Shown in pieces: positions 52,651 to 64,000 of a stretch of DNA of 64,000 nt (positions are counted from its first letter, which is position 1; each line of letters begins with the position of its first letter). This DNA comes from Mizuhopecten yessoensis (lineage: Eukaryota). The position numbers were made by a program, and so were the translations under genes. Under the pieces are notes generated by a model. The model worked only from the letters and a program-made list of their open reading frames with translations. It searched no databases and was not told the DNA's origin. The stretch is from assembly GCF_002113885.1 (NCBI RefSeq), contig NW_018407093.1:453296-517295 (forward strand), read 5' to 3'.

Positions 52651-54552
52651 AGAGGTATTAAGGGAAGGTAGATGGTGTATGCTAGGTGTAAAGGAGAGGT
52701 ATTGTTTATGCTGACAGGTTTGTGATGTGTATTTAGCCTAGTAGGTGTCTACACATGTTTGACGTGTACCTGCGTGATACAAGCCATGTAGACCAGCCAT
52801 ATAACATGGTGCTCCAACATTCCCCTGTGTTTCTAGCCTATATACCTTCCACTGCACACTGTTTGTAGGTTAGGTCAAAGGTCACACATGTGGTTGTGTT
52901 TTGGTAATGGGTGACATACTTTGCAATGGCAGCTGAGTGGGGGTCTGAAAGGGTAACATTTACTTGTGTTTCTCTTTAAAAGACAAAAAAAAACACACTT
53001 AAAATTTGTTTTTTTAAATAGGCATCATTGATACTTACAACAACTCATAAAGCCATTGGCGATCACCATGTTGATATTTTGACAGTGAGCAAAAGGTGAA
53101 ATGCATAAAGACTATCAATATATACATACTGATAAGAAGTTTTTTTAGGGGATTCCCTCTGAAGTACGTTCGCTGTTGCATGTATATTTGGTTTAATGTT
53201 GACGCAAAAGCTAAAGTCATGTGATGGATATTATATACGTATTACATTGGTCAGTGTGCAGACCTACATATATTCTTTATCACACAAGGCATGCTCTGTA
53301 CATGTACAGCGTACAAAAATACGTTATAGGGCAGTTATGTGTGCTTAGGAATGTTGGTAACAATTTAATTCTATTTCTTGTCTAGCTTACAGTGAGTTTG
53401 AGAGCAACTTTTCAGCAAAAATTATAAAATAAAATGTAAATTTTCCAAAAGAATTTTTTTTCAGTGACTTTGTTCCAGTTTGTAAGATCTATATACAAGT
53501 TTATTTATCAGAAAACAAAAAAAACAGCAGTGAGTTTGGTGAAGTTTGAAGTCAGTTACAATGAATTCTGTCTAGAATCTCTTAAAAACAATCAAGTTTC
53601 AGGTAAACATATGGTGACAAAAACTCAGAAAATGTCCACCTTGAAATTTATGCTTAAATGTATAATATATATCTCCCACTGCCTTGTAAGGCTGTATGAT
53701 GATTGATGTTCAGAGCGAACAAAACGTCTAGATTATATTTCTGTTTAGATACACTGACAGAGTATACCTGTAGAAATATGAAGGCTGTGGTGCATGAAAA
53801 TGTAATTAACTACAGGTGTATCTGAATTCTGAAATTGCTTATTTACATTTTACAGAAAGTAGACCTATATCATCTCAAGGGTATTATCCTTATATCATAC
53901 AGGGCGTTTTTTATTGATGTTTATTACAACTTTCTGTTGTCTTAAGGGGGTTAGCTACCTTTATGTTTGAGTTACCTCCCTTGAGATAGGTGAACTATCT
54001 AGTCACTTGTTACAGTGTCTTGGCTATAGAGAAAACCCTTTCAGTTCTTTCGATAGAGCTGTGGAGTAATCTCTAGTCCGAGGGACTTTTTTGATGGGCC
54101 TGAGTGTTAACTCAATGTATACTGTGTACATGTGTCTTAAGAGAGGAACTCTTTTTAAACGGAGGTGTGAATGTAGCAATACATGAACATCTTTAAATAA
54201 TATTTCTTGAACATGTACCATATTAACATTAACTAATGCAAAACTAATGTCAGCAAGGTATTACATACTTAAATAACTTATTTTCTGTGAAACAGTCAAT
54301 CAAAACATTTCACAATCAAAGACCATGCATCTGTAAACAATGATACGAAACCTCTGAAAGTTTTATTGTGTCATCCACAGCCCTAGGGTTACAAGTACAT
54401 AACTTGTGATAATCTTAATATCAAATCAAAACTGGATGTGCCAACTACTCTATGCATGGCCTGAGGACCAACTAGCCATATGTATGCTGCAATATAGTCT
54501 CACAGCTCGTAAATTTGGCTTTTTGTTATGAATGATCGTCATACTAGGCTAG

Positions 54553-54707
54553 TGTAATAGGACGAGAAATAGTGATAAAGATAGTGGTCGTTGGGGTTCA
54601 AACCCGCGACCCTTGGCTCTCTAGCCCGATGCTCTACCACTGAGCTAAAGGGAAATTCCCTACAGCTGACGCTTGCAAGGCAACCTAATTAATCCACATC
54701 TTTTACA
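54553..54707 (-). mobile_element. Solo-LTR-like element containing a tRNA-like sequence (Helenus-type TRIM LTR)
   Basis: TGTAA...TTACA termini; 4-bp TSD CTAG (54549-54552, 54708-54711). Minus strand reads TAGCTCAGTGGTAGAGC (A box/D-arm) ... GGGTTTGAACCC (B box/T-arm). Confidence 0.8.
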
Positions 54708-57087
54708 CTAGTCTATATTAAGGAAGCTAGGAGACTCAATTTTGGTACCTTATCCAGCATTTCTCAAGCATTTTCCTAGAAACTTAATTAATTGATTTAC
54801 ATAGAACTGATTGGCTAAACTCTGTGGCGTTTATTCTCACTATTGTATTGTCATGGGATCATTGTATGTGCGTTTGAATGCGTCGTTAGAGCCATACCTT
54901 TTTCTCCCTTATAGTCAATTTAAGGAGAGTCACTTCCGGCTGGATGATTCACTGCAGGTGGCCTTAAAGTCAATGTCTTCTTTAATATTGCTACATCAGC
55001 ATTTATGAATGTAATTAATATGGCGATAAAAATAACTTTGAGTTTGAAGTCAAAGTTCAGTAACAATTAGCGGTCTTAACGGGCACAGGAGAGGTGTAAC
55101 AGTATGTATACCTGTGTAGTCTTACGTGTGAGACCAGCACTGTGTGTGGGTGTTTATGATATATGTATTATAGAGTTACACCTTACTGATATATAAATGA
55201 GACGCACCTCCTGGGCCGATTCATTCGTACTCAACAAGAAACAGGAAAATTTCGGAAAAAATGTCCCACAATTTTTTTGATTTAAAACACTTAAACTAAA
55301 CATTTAACCTGTAAACACGGAGGGTTGATGAGGGTATACACATTTATGAGCTTGGAGATTTTTAAGGCCCACATAATCAAAATGGCTTGGGATTTATACA
55401 CAGGGGTACATGTTTACATAAAGGTCAGGATTTAAAGTGAGGATCAGGCTTTTGATGGCAGAAAGGAATGTTACCTTGTATATATGGCTGTTTTGATGTC
55501 TCTCATACATATTGTTTGAAAACACAAAACAGAAAAATCAGATAATTTTAAATGAACTTGATACTGTTATACGTGTAATTTAGTTCCAGAAACTGTTAGT
55601 TTATACAGTTTTATTTAAACACTGCCCTCATATCTCGTAACTGTCTTTGAGGTGTACTGTCAATTATGAGAGCCTGCCGGTCTGGAACGTCATATAACTG
55701 AAACAAAAGTTTAAAAACACCCAAGTCACAGCACATGATCTTAACAATGTAATTAATATTGTCTGTCACATGGCTTTATTAACTTAAAAGTCTGAAAGTG
55801 TTTTGACCAGGTTCACATTTTGGAGATTTCATAATTATGAATATTTGTTCTGATATTGTCCATTCAGGGATTTGTTTTCAAAAGGCATTGAAACAAAGAT
55901 GGCCAAAACTGATGTGGATGAAATGATTGAGAAGGTTGAACAAGTCATTTCAAGTTAATTATTTAAAGACTGAACAAATAATAAAATTTCATCTGTCCCG
56001 TTTGCTTGAATCTTATTTACAGCAAAAGAAAAGTCACACAATACACAGTTATTTCCTGACATTAAAACACTAGTTATGAGTGCAGTTGTACTTATTTTCG
56101 AAACTCTTTTGTTCGATACCTCTGATGGTTTATCTGTGAACAAGTATACCACAGTTCCCTGATAAAGATTTGCCAGTGGCCCGAATAGGTTGATTATTTA
56201 TAAGGTCAATTGAATTTAAGTTCCTAATGGTGTCACTTTAACATGTTCAGGAGTTTCAGGTCCTATGCTGTATGTGGCAGATGGTTTTAATCAGATTATG
56301 AGCCTGGAATTGTACTAAAAGATGGAAACTGAAAATCTTATTCTCCACGTTAATTCTGTATGACAGTATATATCTAAACCTGACAATACAATCTTGTCCT
56401 GTCAGCCGCAAAAAATCTAATCAATATCTATTTCCTGTCGGTGGTTTGACAGGCTTTAACAAAAAATCTAATTGTTAACTGATTAGCCAGAAACTGTTAA
56501 AGATATCCTGTGTCTAAATGATCAGCGCTTACCTGTGGAATGAAAACGAATACCACAGAACGTTTGTCAAAGTTTGACGGTTTGTATTCAAAGTGACAAT
56601 ACATGAGGGGGAGTGATGTCCCTTATTTAGCTCGAAATTCTAAAGAATAGCAAATCTCTTTCAATTTTTTTTTTAAAAGAAACTTTTCCATACAGGAAAT
56701 CTGTTCTTTTTTTTTGGTCAATAGATTTACTGGTGTATGTGTGGGTATATAGTGATGTTGACAAGAGGGCTCTAAGTCAGTAGTGTAAGGATAGTGCGTG
56801 TCCGGGACACCTGGCTGGTCCCTTTGTTACGCTATCAATGGTATTATCTACGGATCTCAGTCAGTTGTAGATTTTTTTACTGATTTTATTGTGTTTCCTG
56901 TAAGTAAAACATGCCACTCACTCGCCTGATACAATAGAACATCAGTTCCTGAGCTTCTCTCGTAAAGAGACCTCACTTCACTTCATAAAGAATAAACATG
57001 CACGCTGAAGTCAGCAGTGGTTTAATTTGACACATTTAACTCAAAACTTTAAAATGCAATTGCTGCACGTACTTCCAAGTTTACAAA

Positions 57088-57206
57088 TGTAAAGCAGGCC
57101 AGAAAAAAGCAATGTTCAGACCGGGATTTGAACTTAGGACCTCTAAACTCTAGCCAGGTGCTCGACAAACTGAGTTTCCTGATCCTCAGCAATAGACACA
57201 GCCACA
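57088..57206 (-). mobile_element. Degenerate tRNA-containing LTR-like copy
   Basis: Minus strand: aactcagtttgtcgagcacctggctagagtttagaggtcctaagttcaaatcccggtctg...cctgctttaca; no TSD recognisable. Confidence 0.5.
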
Positions 57207-57290
57207 TGAGTGTTCCGGTATCCTAGGAACCTAGGAACAGACACCCTAACCAACTAAACGTACTCCCACCCAAAGGATAAAAAACTCTTT

Positions 57291-57593
57291 TGAAGGACGG
57301 AGGATTGAAAAAACCTGGACGGGATGATGACATGATGATGGTGACCAGGTAGTTATATATTGGTTAGAGAATGGTGAAGGCGGAGGATTGTAACAGAACT
57401 GGATGGGATAATCACCATGGTGACCAGGTAGTTATATTGGTTAGAGAATGGTGAAGGACGGAGGGTTGAAACAAAACTGGATGGGATGATCACCATGGTG
57501 ACCAGCTGGTAGTAATATTGGTTAGAGAATCCATTTAGAGTTCAGAGGTACTGGGTTAGAATCCCATCTCGATGTTTTATGATTCCTGTTACA
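57291..57593 (+). mobile_element. Degenerate tRNA-containing LTR with tandemly triplicated purine tract plus LTR 5' part
   Basis: Three 77-84-bp units (tgaaggacggaggat|tgtaacagaactggatgggat...gaccaggtagttatattggttagag); the last continues to gggttagaatccc...cctgttaca. The unit resembles the start of the 11712 element (tgtagcagaactggactggg). Confidence 0.5.
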
Positions 57594-57936
57594 CATGCTT
57601 TTGTTTCTTAGTTACATTGATAAATTGCTGTAGCCATAATTTAGTTATAATTTAGGAATTTTACTTCTTGGTAGAAAGCTAATCATAGGGGTATACATGT
57701 TTGGGGTGTTTTTGAGGTCGGTTTGTTATATATGCTTACCTCAAGCCTTAACATTATACATCAAAGAATATCAAACTCTAATAGATTTACTTTCACATAG
57801 ATATGGCCAGGGGGATAATACTCTGGCCTTCTGTGCAGATGGCAGGAGTTAGACCCCTGAAGTCGTCTTAGCATAGAATATTCAGAGAAAAGGCTTTTCT
57901 GCTGCCCACACAACTCGAACAACTCAGATAGGTAGA

Positions 57937-58070
57937 GTATAAAATGGTCTGGGGTGGGTGTTGGTATAAAATGATCTGGGTGGGTGTTGGTATAAAATGG
58001 TCTGGGGTGGGTGTTGGTATAAAATGGTCTGGGGTGGGTGTTGGCATAAAATGGTTTGGGGTGGGTGTTT
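57937..58070. repeat. 27-bp minisatellite (ggtataaaatggtctggggtgggtgtt)n
   Basis: About 5 copies. Confidence 0.85.
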
Positions 58071-59830
58071 TAGTGTCTGTGCGGCACAATTCAGGTGAGG
58101 TGGCACAATGATAAAGATGATGTTGGAAACATGATCCTCTGCAAAACAAAACAGAAATTGGTTTTCAACACCTGTACATGCATTATAAGCACATGTACAC
58201 ACGAAGAGATATTAGCCAGGAGGTACGGGGCTAATAGTTAGCACCTGATAAAGCAGCTCCTTCGAAGTTTTCCGAATTGTGTGGATTGATATATTGTATT
58301 GACTGTAGAGATTGTATACCTATATATACTTTAAAACACTTTAGAGTACCTCATTGTAGCTTGATAAGGTGTTATATCAAATGTTGTAAAAAACCAAAAA
58401 ACGTTATGTCATATGACGTCATAGTGGGTGATATTCCTCATGTTACGTATCAAATGTTTATGTGATGTTGATGGGTACAGTCTGGCTATTTGATAGGAAT
58501 ATAACGGTGAATATATTGAAAGAAAAATCTACAAGGAAGTTACAAATCTCTTCTCAGTATTGAGGGGGATTTTATAAACACCTTTACTGAACCTCAACTT
58601 AAATTTCTGAAACCTTCACTGACAAATCGTAAATTGTCTCCGTGTAATTGCATTTTCTTGGTTTCTTAGATGAAAGAGTTCAAGTGATTGTGATCACTTG
58701 ATGTTAGTCACACGTATGGTCCGTCCTTCAGAGACACTGACTGTTCCCGATTATTTACTGACGGTTTGTGTGACTTGACATGCAGCAGTATTTGGACAGG
58801 ACATTCGCTGTTTATCTCGACCTGTGTTTTTATCTTTAAAGGAGTTATTTTTCAGTGTATTCAGGGGTCAAAAAACACTGATTATTACTTCATGTAATCA
58901 TACAGTTGATGTGTTGTGTTGAGCGAGAACAACTGTCCTATTAATCAATGTTTCTGATCAAATCAGTGTAATTGTCTACTTGTCAAATAAATAGAAACTT
59001 TATAGACTGATGCTATAACTAAAATAGTATTTATATTAATATAAACATGATTTTGTTCTGTTTACATGTCAGAATAGTCCATATATGTCATAAATACCTG
59101 TCATAGAAAACTGTCAGTGGTTTGTGACTTTTTTTAACAGATTATAATCAAACTTTATACAAATCACATTTAGTTAAGATAAAATAAATATTTAAACTTA
59201 GTTTATCATATTAAGACATATGCACCTTAAAAGAGTTCGTATTTCTGTGTTCCAAGATCAAAGTCAACAGACGATAAAAAATTGTCAATGGAGCACAAAA
59301 GAAATTCATTTTACATTAGTGCTTTGGCATTCCATGTCTTTTAGACATTTTCTAGTTAATGAACTACAAGGAATCTTGTATCGGTATAACTGATGGAACA
59401 AAAGGGAGAGGTTTGGTAGAAAAGATTGTTTGAGAAGTTTCAGGTACGCTGTAAATTTGATATTTATATAAACACCCTGGAGTCTATACAATGTAATGGA
59501 CAGAATTTGGCAAAGTCACAAATGAAAGCGGATCGATAAAAAGCTGTAAGATTACTGTAATGCATTATAGCACATATTTGTTTTTATATAACATGGCTTG
59601 CGCTCAAGATCTGTTAAATCAGACGGCCAGGGCTAGGGAGTTTTCTGATGTTACCAAATATTGTTACTACAGAGAAGATAGAGGATAGATAGATATTGAA
59701 TCAGATGCTAGTGCCAATCTGGTTGGCAGAAGGAGTTGAGGTGGTGCCAAGGGGCCTGGGCATGTGTAAGGAGAGGAAGCTAGGAGTGTGGTCGGATGGG
59801 GGATGGAGGGCCTGGGGAGGGAGTGGGGGG

Positions 59831-60436
59831 NNNNNNNNNNNNNNNNNNNNNNNNNNNNNNNNNNNNNNNNNNNNNNNNNNNNNNNNNNNNNNNNNNNNNN
59901 NNNNNNNNNNNNNNNNNNNNNNNNNNNNNNNNNNNNNNNNNNNNNNNNNNNNNNNNNNNNNNNNNNNNNNNNNNNNNNNNNNNNNNNNNNNNNNNNNNNN
60001 NNNNNNNNNNNNNNNNNNNNNNNNNNNNNNNNNNNNNNNNNNNNNNNNNNNNNNNNNNNNNNNNNNNNNNNNNNNNNNNNNNNNNNNNNNNNNNNNNNNN
60101 NNNNNNNNNNNNNNNNNNNNNNNNNNNNNNNNNNNNNNNNNNNNNNNNNNNNNNNNNNNNNNNNNNNNNNNNNNNNNNNNNNNNNNNNNNNNNNNNNNNN
60201 NNNNNNNNNNNNNNNNNNNNNNNNNNNNNNNNNNNNNNNNNNNNNNNNNNNNNNNNNNNNNNNNNNNNNNNNNNNNNNNNNNNNNNNNNNNNNNNNNNNN
60301 NNNNNNNNNNNNNNNNNNNNNNNNNNNNNNNNNNNNNNNNNNNNNNNNNNNNNNNNNNNNNNNNNNNNNNNNNNNNNNNNNNNNNNNNNNNNNNNNNNNN
60401 NNNNNNNNNNNNNNNNNNNNNNNNNNNNNNNNNNNN
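59831..60436. other. Assembly gap (N run)
   Basis: Ns in sequence; G-rich flanks. Confidence 1.
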
Positions 60437-61540
60437 GAGAGGTGTGGGGATGTGATGGAGGGGTGTGATGGGTGGGGGTGGGGGGGGGAGGTGATCAGGT
60501 TTAATGTCCACATAACATGATGTTCCCTACTCTGTTTATCTATATAGATACAGCTGTTCAATTAATTAATTAGCACTTAATCACCAACTTTTTTTAACAT
60601 TCACATGTTACAGATATAGCTAACAAAACGCTTCGTAACTAAGGTACAGTCTTGTGACTAAGGTACAGTCTTGTGACAGTCTTGTGACTAAGGTACAGTC
60701 TTGCGTACCTTATTTTTATCGTGGTGTATACAGGACTTACCCGGTGGTAATAATGATGTTACAGGATTAAGGCTCATTAGTAATTACACTGGGATCTTGT
60801 ACACATTAACTCAGGTCAATGGAAGTATAACAGGCTATCATTTAAATTAGTCTGCGTAACTTCATCAAATTCAGTTTTCTAGTGAAATATTTTAGATAGC
60901 AAAATCTGACAAATAATGCTTTTATTAGAATTGAAGTTTGTTGTCCTGACAAGGAGGAATGAGTTGGTGGTATTACAGGTGAGATAAAAGTTCAGATTGT
61001 ACAGGTACCTTGAATATGGCTACCATTTAAAAGTGATCTGTTAAACTTCATCAATTTCCGTGCTCTAACAAGATCTAACCCTCATATTAAGATTGGCGTG
61101 TGTTAAGCTGACTAAGAGGAATGAGTTGAGGAGACCAGGTAAATATAAGTGATGAGGGTTATACAGGTAGGGGATACATCAAAGGCAGGTTACGACACTA
61201 CAGTCAGCTAGCCTAACAGCTAGCTTTTAACTAAACATGGATTTGGAGATTCTAATACAGATAGATATTGTATAATTCAAGTGTAAAACACACTGTTCTT
61301 GTTTATAAATGGAGTTGTCTCCATCTTAGATTTCAATTCAAGAGGTTTTAGAAATGATCTGTGAGCTAGGGTTTGTAAATGTAGCCCTCCCCCTACAACT
61401 TCGTTTTAGAAGTGTTGGAATGTGTAATTCTCGATCTCCAGTACCTATTTAAAATTCCACAGATTTGAACGATCACACGATCTAGCTAGGAAACTATTTA
61501 AATATTTTTTTAAAGTTTGTAGAAATGTAAAATGTATGTT

Positions 61541-63837
61541 AAATTGCTGTTGGTGATGATTTATGACTTGGAGTAAATTCACTGGGTGATCGGGTAGTGG
61601 TGTAACTGGTGTATCCACTGGGTGATTGGGTAGTGGCGTAACTGGTATATCCACTGGGTGATTGGGTAGTAGTGTAACTGGTATATCCACTGGGTGATTG
61701 GGTAGGGGTGTAACTGGTATATCGGGCAGCATTTGGTTTTTAGGGGGCCAGTGCTTTCTTTCAATGTTAAATGATATGCTTTCGACCATTTTTGAGGGAA
61801 ATGTTACTCTTTGTTTATCGGGTGGTAATTGACAATCTACAATTTAGCCACAATATAGCCCAAATAACAGCTCTGTACCTACTGGGTGATCGGGTAGTGG
61901 TGTAACTGGTCTATCGGGTAAATTCACTGGGTGATCGGATAGGAGTGTAACTGGTATATCGGGTAAAATCAGACTAATTGCTGTTGGTGATGATTTATGA
62001 CTTGGAGTAAATTCACTTGGTGATCAGGTAGTGGTGTAACTGGTGTATCCACTGGGGGATTGGGTAGTGGTGTAACTGATATATCCACTGGGTGATTGGG
62101 TAGTGGTGTACCTGGTATCTCGGGTAAATTCACTGGGTGATCGGATAGGGGTGTAACTGGTATATCGGGTAAAATCATTTGGTGATCGGGTAGTGGTGTA
62201 ACTGGGATATCGGGTAAAATCAGACTGGGCGATCGGTAGAGGTGTAACTGGTATATCGGGTAAATTCACTGGGGGATTGGGGAGTGGTGTAACTGGTATA
62301 TCCACTGGGAGATTGGGTAGTGGTGTAACTGGTATATCGTGTAAATTCACTGGGTGATCGGATAGTAGCGTAACTGGTATATCGGGTAAAATCACTGGGG
62401 GATCGGGTAGTGGTGTAACTGGTATATCGGGCAGCATTTGGTTTTTAGGGGGCCAGTGCTTTCTTTCAATGTTAAATGATATGCTTTCGACCATTTTTGA
62501 GGGAAATGTTACTCTTTGTTTATCGGGTGGTAATTGACAATCTACAATTTAGCCACAATATAGCCCAAATAACAGCTCTGTACCTACTGGGTGATCGGGT
62601 AGTGGTGTAACTGATATATCGGGTAAATTCACTGGGTGATTGGGTAGTGGTGTAAATGGTATATCCAATGGGTGATTGGGTAGTGGTGTAACTGGTATAT
62701 CGGGAAAAATCAGACTGGGTGATCGGGTAGTGGGGTAACTGGGATATCGGGTAAAATCAGATTGGGTGAGCGGTAGTGGTGTAACTGGTATATCGGGTAA
62801 AATCAGATTGGGGGATCGGTAGTGGGGTAACTGGTATATCGGGTAAAATCAGACTAATTGCTGTTGGTGATGATTTATGACTTGGAGTAAATTCACTTGG
62901 TGATCAGGTAGTGGTGTAACTGGTGTATCCACTGGGTGATTGGGTAGTGGCGTAACTGGTATATCGGGTAAAATCAGATTGGGGGATCGGTAGTGGTGTA
63001 ACTGGTATATCGGGAAAATTCACTGGGTGATCGGATAGTAGTGTAACTGGGATATCGGGTAAAATCAGATTGGGTGGTCGGTAGTGGTGTAACTGGTATA
63101 TCCACTGGGTGATTCGGTAGTGGTGTAACTGGTATATCGGGTAAAATCAGACTAATTGCTGTTGGTGATGATTTATGACTTGGAGTAAATTCACTTGGTG
63201 ATCAGGTAGTGGTGTAACTGGTGTATCCACTGGGTGATTGGGTAGTGGTGTACCTGGTATCTCGGGTAAATTCACTGGGTGATCGGGGAGTGGTGTAACT
63301 GGTATATCGGGTAACTTCAGTGGGTGAGTGGGTAGTGATGTAACTGGTATATCGGGTAAATTCAATGGGTGATCGGGTAGTGGTGTAACTGGGATATCGG
63401 GTAAAATCAGACTGGGCGATCGGTAGAGGTGTAACTGGTATATCGGGTAAATTCACGGGGTGATCGGATAGTAGTGTAACTGGTATATCGGGGAAAATCA
63501 GACTGGGTGATCGGGTAGGGGTGTAACTGGTATATCGGGTAAAATCAGATTGGGGGATCGGTAGTGGTGTAACTGGTATATCGGGTAAAATCAGACTGGT
63601 TGATCGGGTAGTGGTGTACGTTCCTGGTATATCGGGTAAAATCAGACTGGGTGATCGGGTAGTGGTGTAACTGGTATATCGGGCAGCATTTGATTTTTAG
63701 GGGACCAGTGCTTTCTTTCAATGTTAAATGATATGCTTTCGACCATTTTGGAGGGAAATGTTACTCTTTGTTTATCGGGTGGTAATTGACAAGCTACAAT
63801 TTAGCCACAATATAGCCCAAATAACAGCTCTGTACCT
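61541..63837. repeat. Composite higher-order repeat: 36-45-bp minisatellite interleaved with two recurring spacer blocks
   Basis: Units cactgggtgatcgggtagtggtgtaactggtatatcgggtaaaat; ~155-bp block at ~61726, ~62432 and ~63683; ~42-bp block aattgctgttggtgatgatttatgacttggagtaaattcac at ~61542, ~61976, ~62856 and ~63154. Confidence 0.93.
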
Positions 63838-64000
63838 CGCTAATGGGGCAAGCTCGGGCCAGTGGTCAGCGTTCCACGGTGTGGAGAACATGCCAGGGAT
63901 CATCTGCATTCTAAAGAAATCAAGTCATTAGATAATAATTATATCAATGCTCCTTTGCCACTGTGAACATTCTAAGGAAATGGCAATAGTTGTATATTTA

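Noticed and set aside
54580-54652. Functional tRNA gene
   Set aside because: D- and T-arm-like parts are present but there is no acceptor stem or canonical anticodon arm; it sits inside a TSD-flanked element.
42076-60561. ORFs containing X runs (42076..42906, 52228..52647, 59696..60561)
   Set aside because: Artefacts of translating N gaps.

Overview
This is AT-rich eukaryotic (invertebrate) genomic DNA, not prokaryotic. The repeat types (pearl/HINE-like elements, tRNA-headed SINE, very dense minisatellites) suggest a bivalve mollusc, possibly a scallop; this is inference only. The window looks almost entirely intronic. The only well-supported host coding segment is one 123-nt phase1/phase1 exon (28024-28146, +) encoding the C-terminal end of an FHA domain that closely resembles PHLDB1/LL5-family proteins. 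Roughly a third of the window is tandem repeat: more than 20 mini/satellite arrays with units of about 17-81 bp, including a 5.6 kb 23-bp array. These arrays explain nearly all long ORFs in the track. The rest holds a 5'-truncated, decayed non-LTR retrotransposon (25.3-26.5 kb, -), a SINE, several MITEs, Helentron/pearl-like elements and three N gaps. I see no CRISPR array, rRNA, functional tRNA or multi-gene novel system. The most interesting signals are small: (i) TG...CA solo-LTR-like elements with 4-bp TSDs and an internal tRNA-like Pol III promoter (Helenus-type TRIM); (ii) four TTAA-bounded mini-elements of exactly 91 bp with divergent interiors; (iii) hammerhead-ribozyme remnants; (iv) satellites that appear to have grown from transposon termini; (v) a possible alternative ATG exon in phase with the FHA exon.
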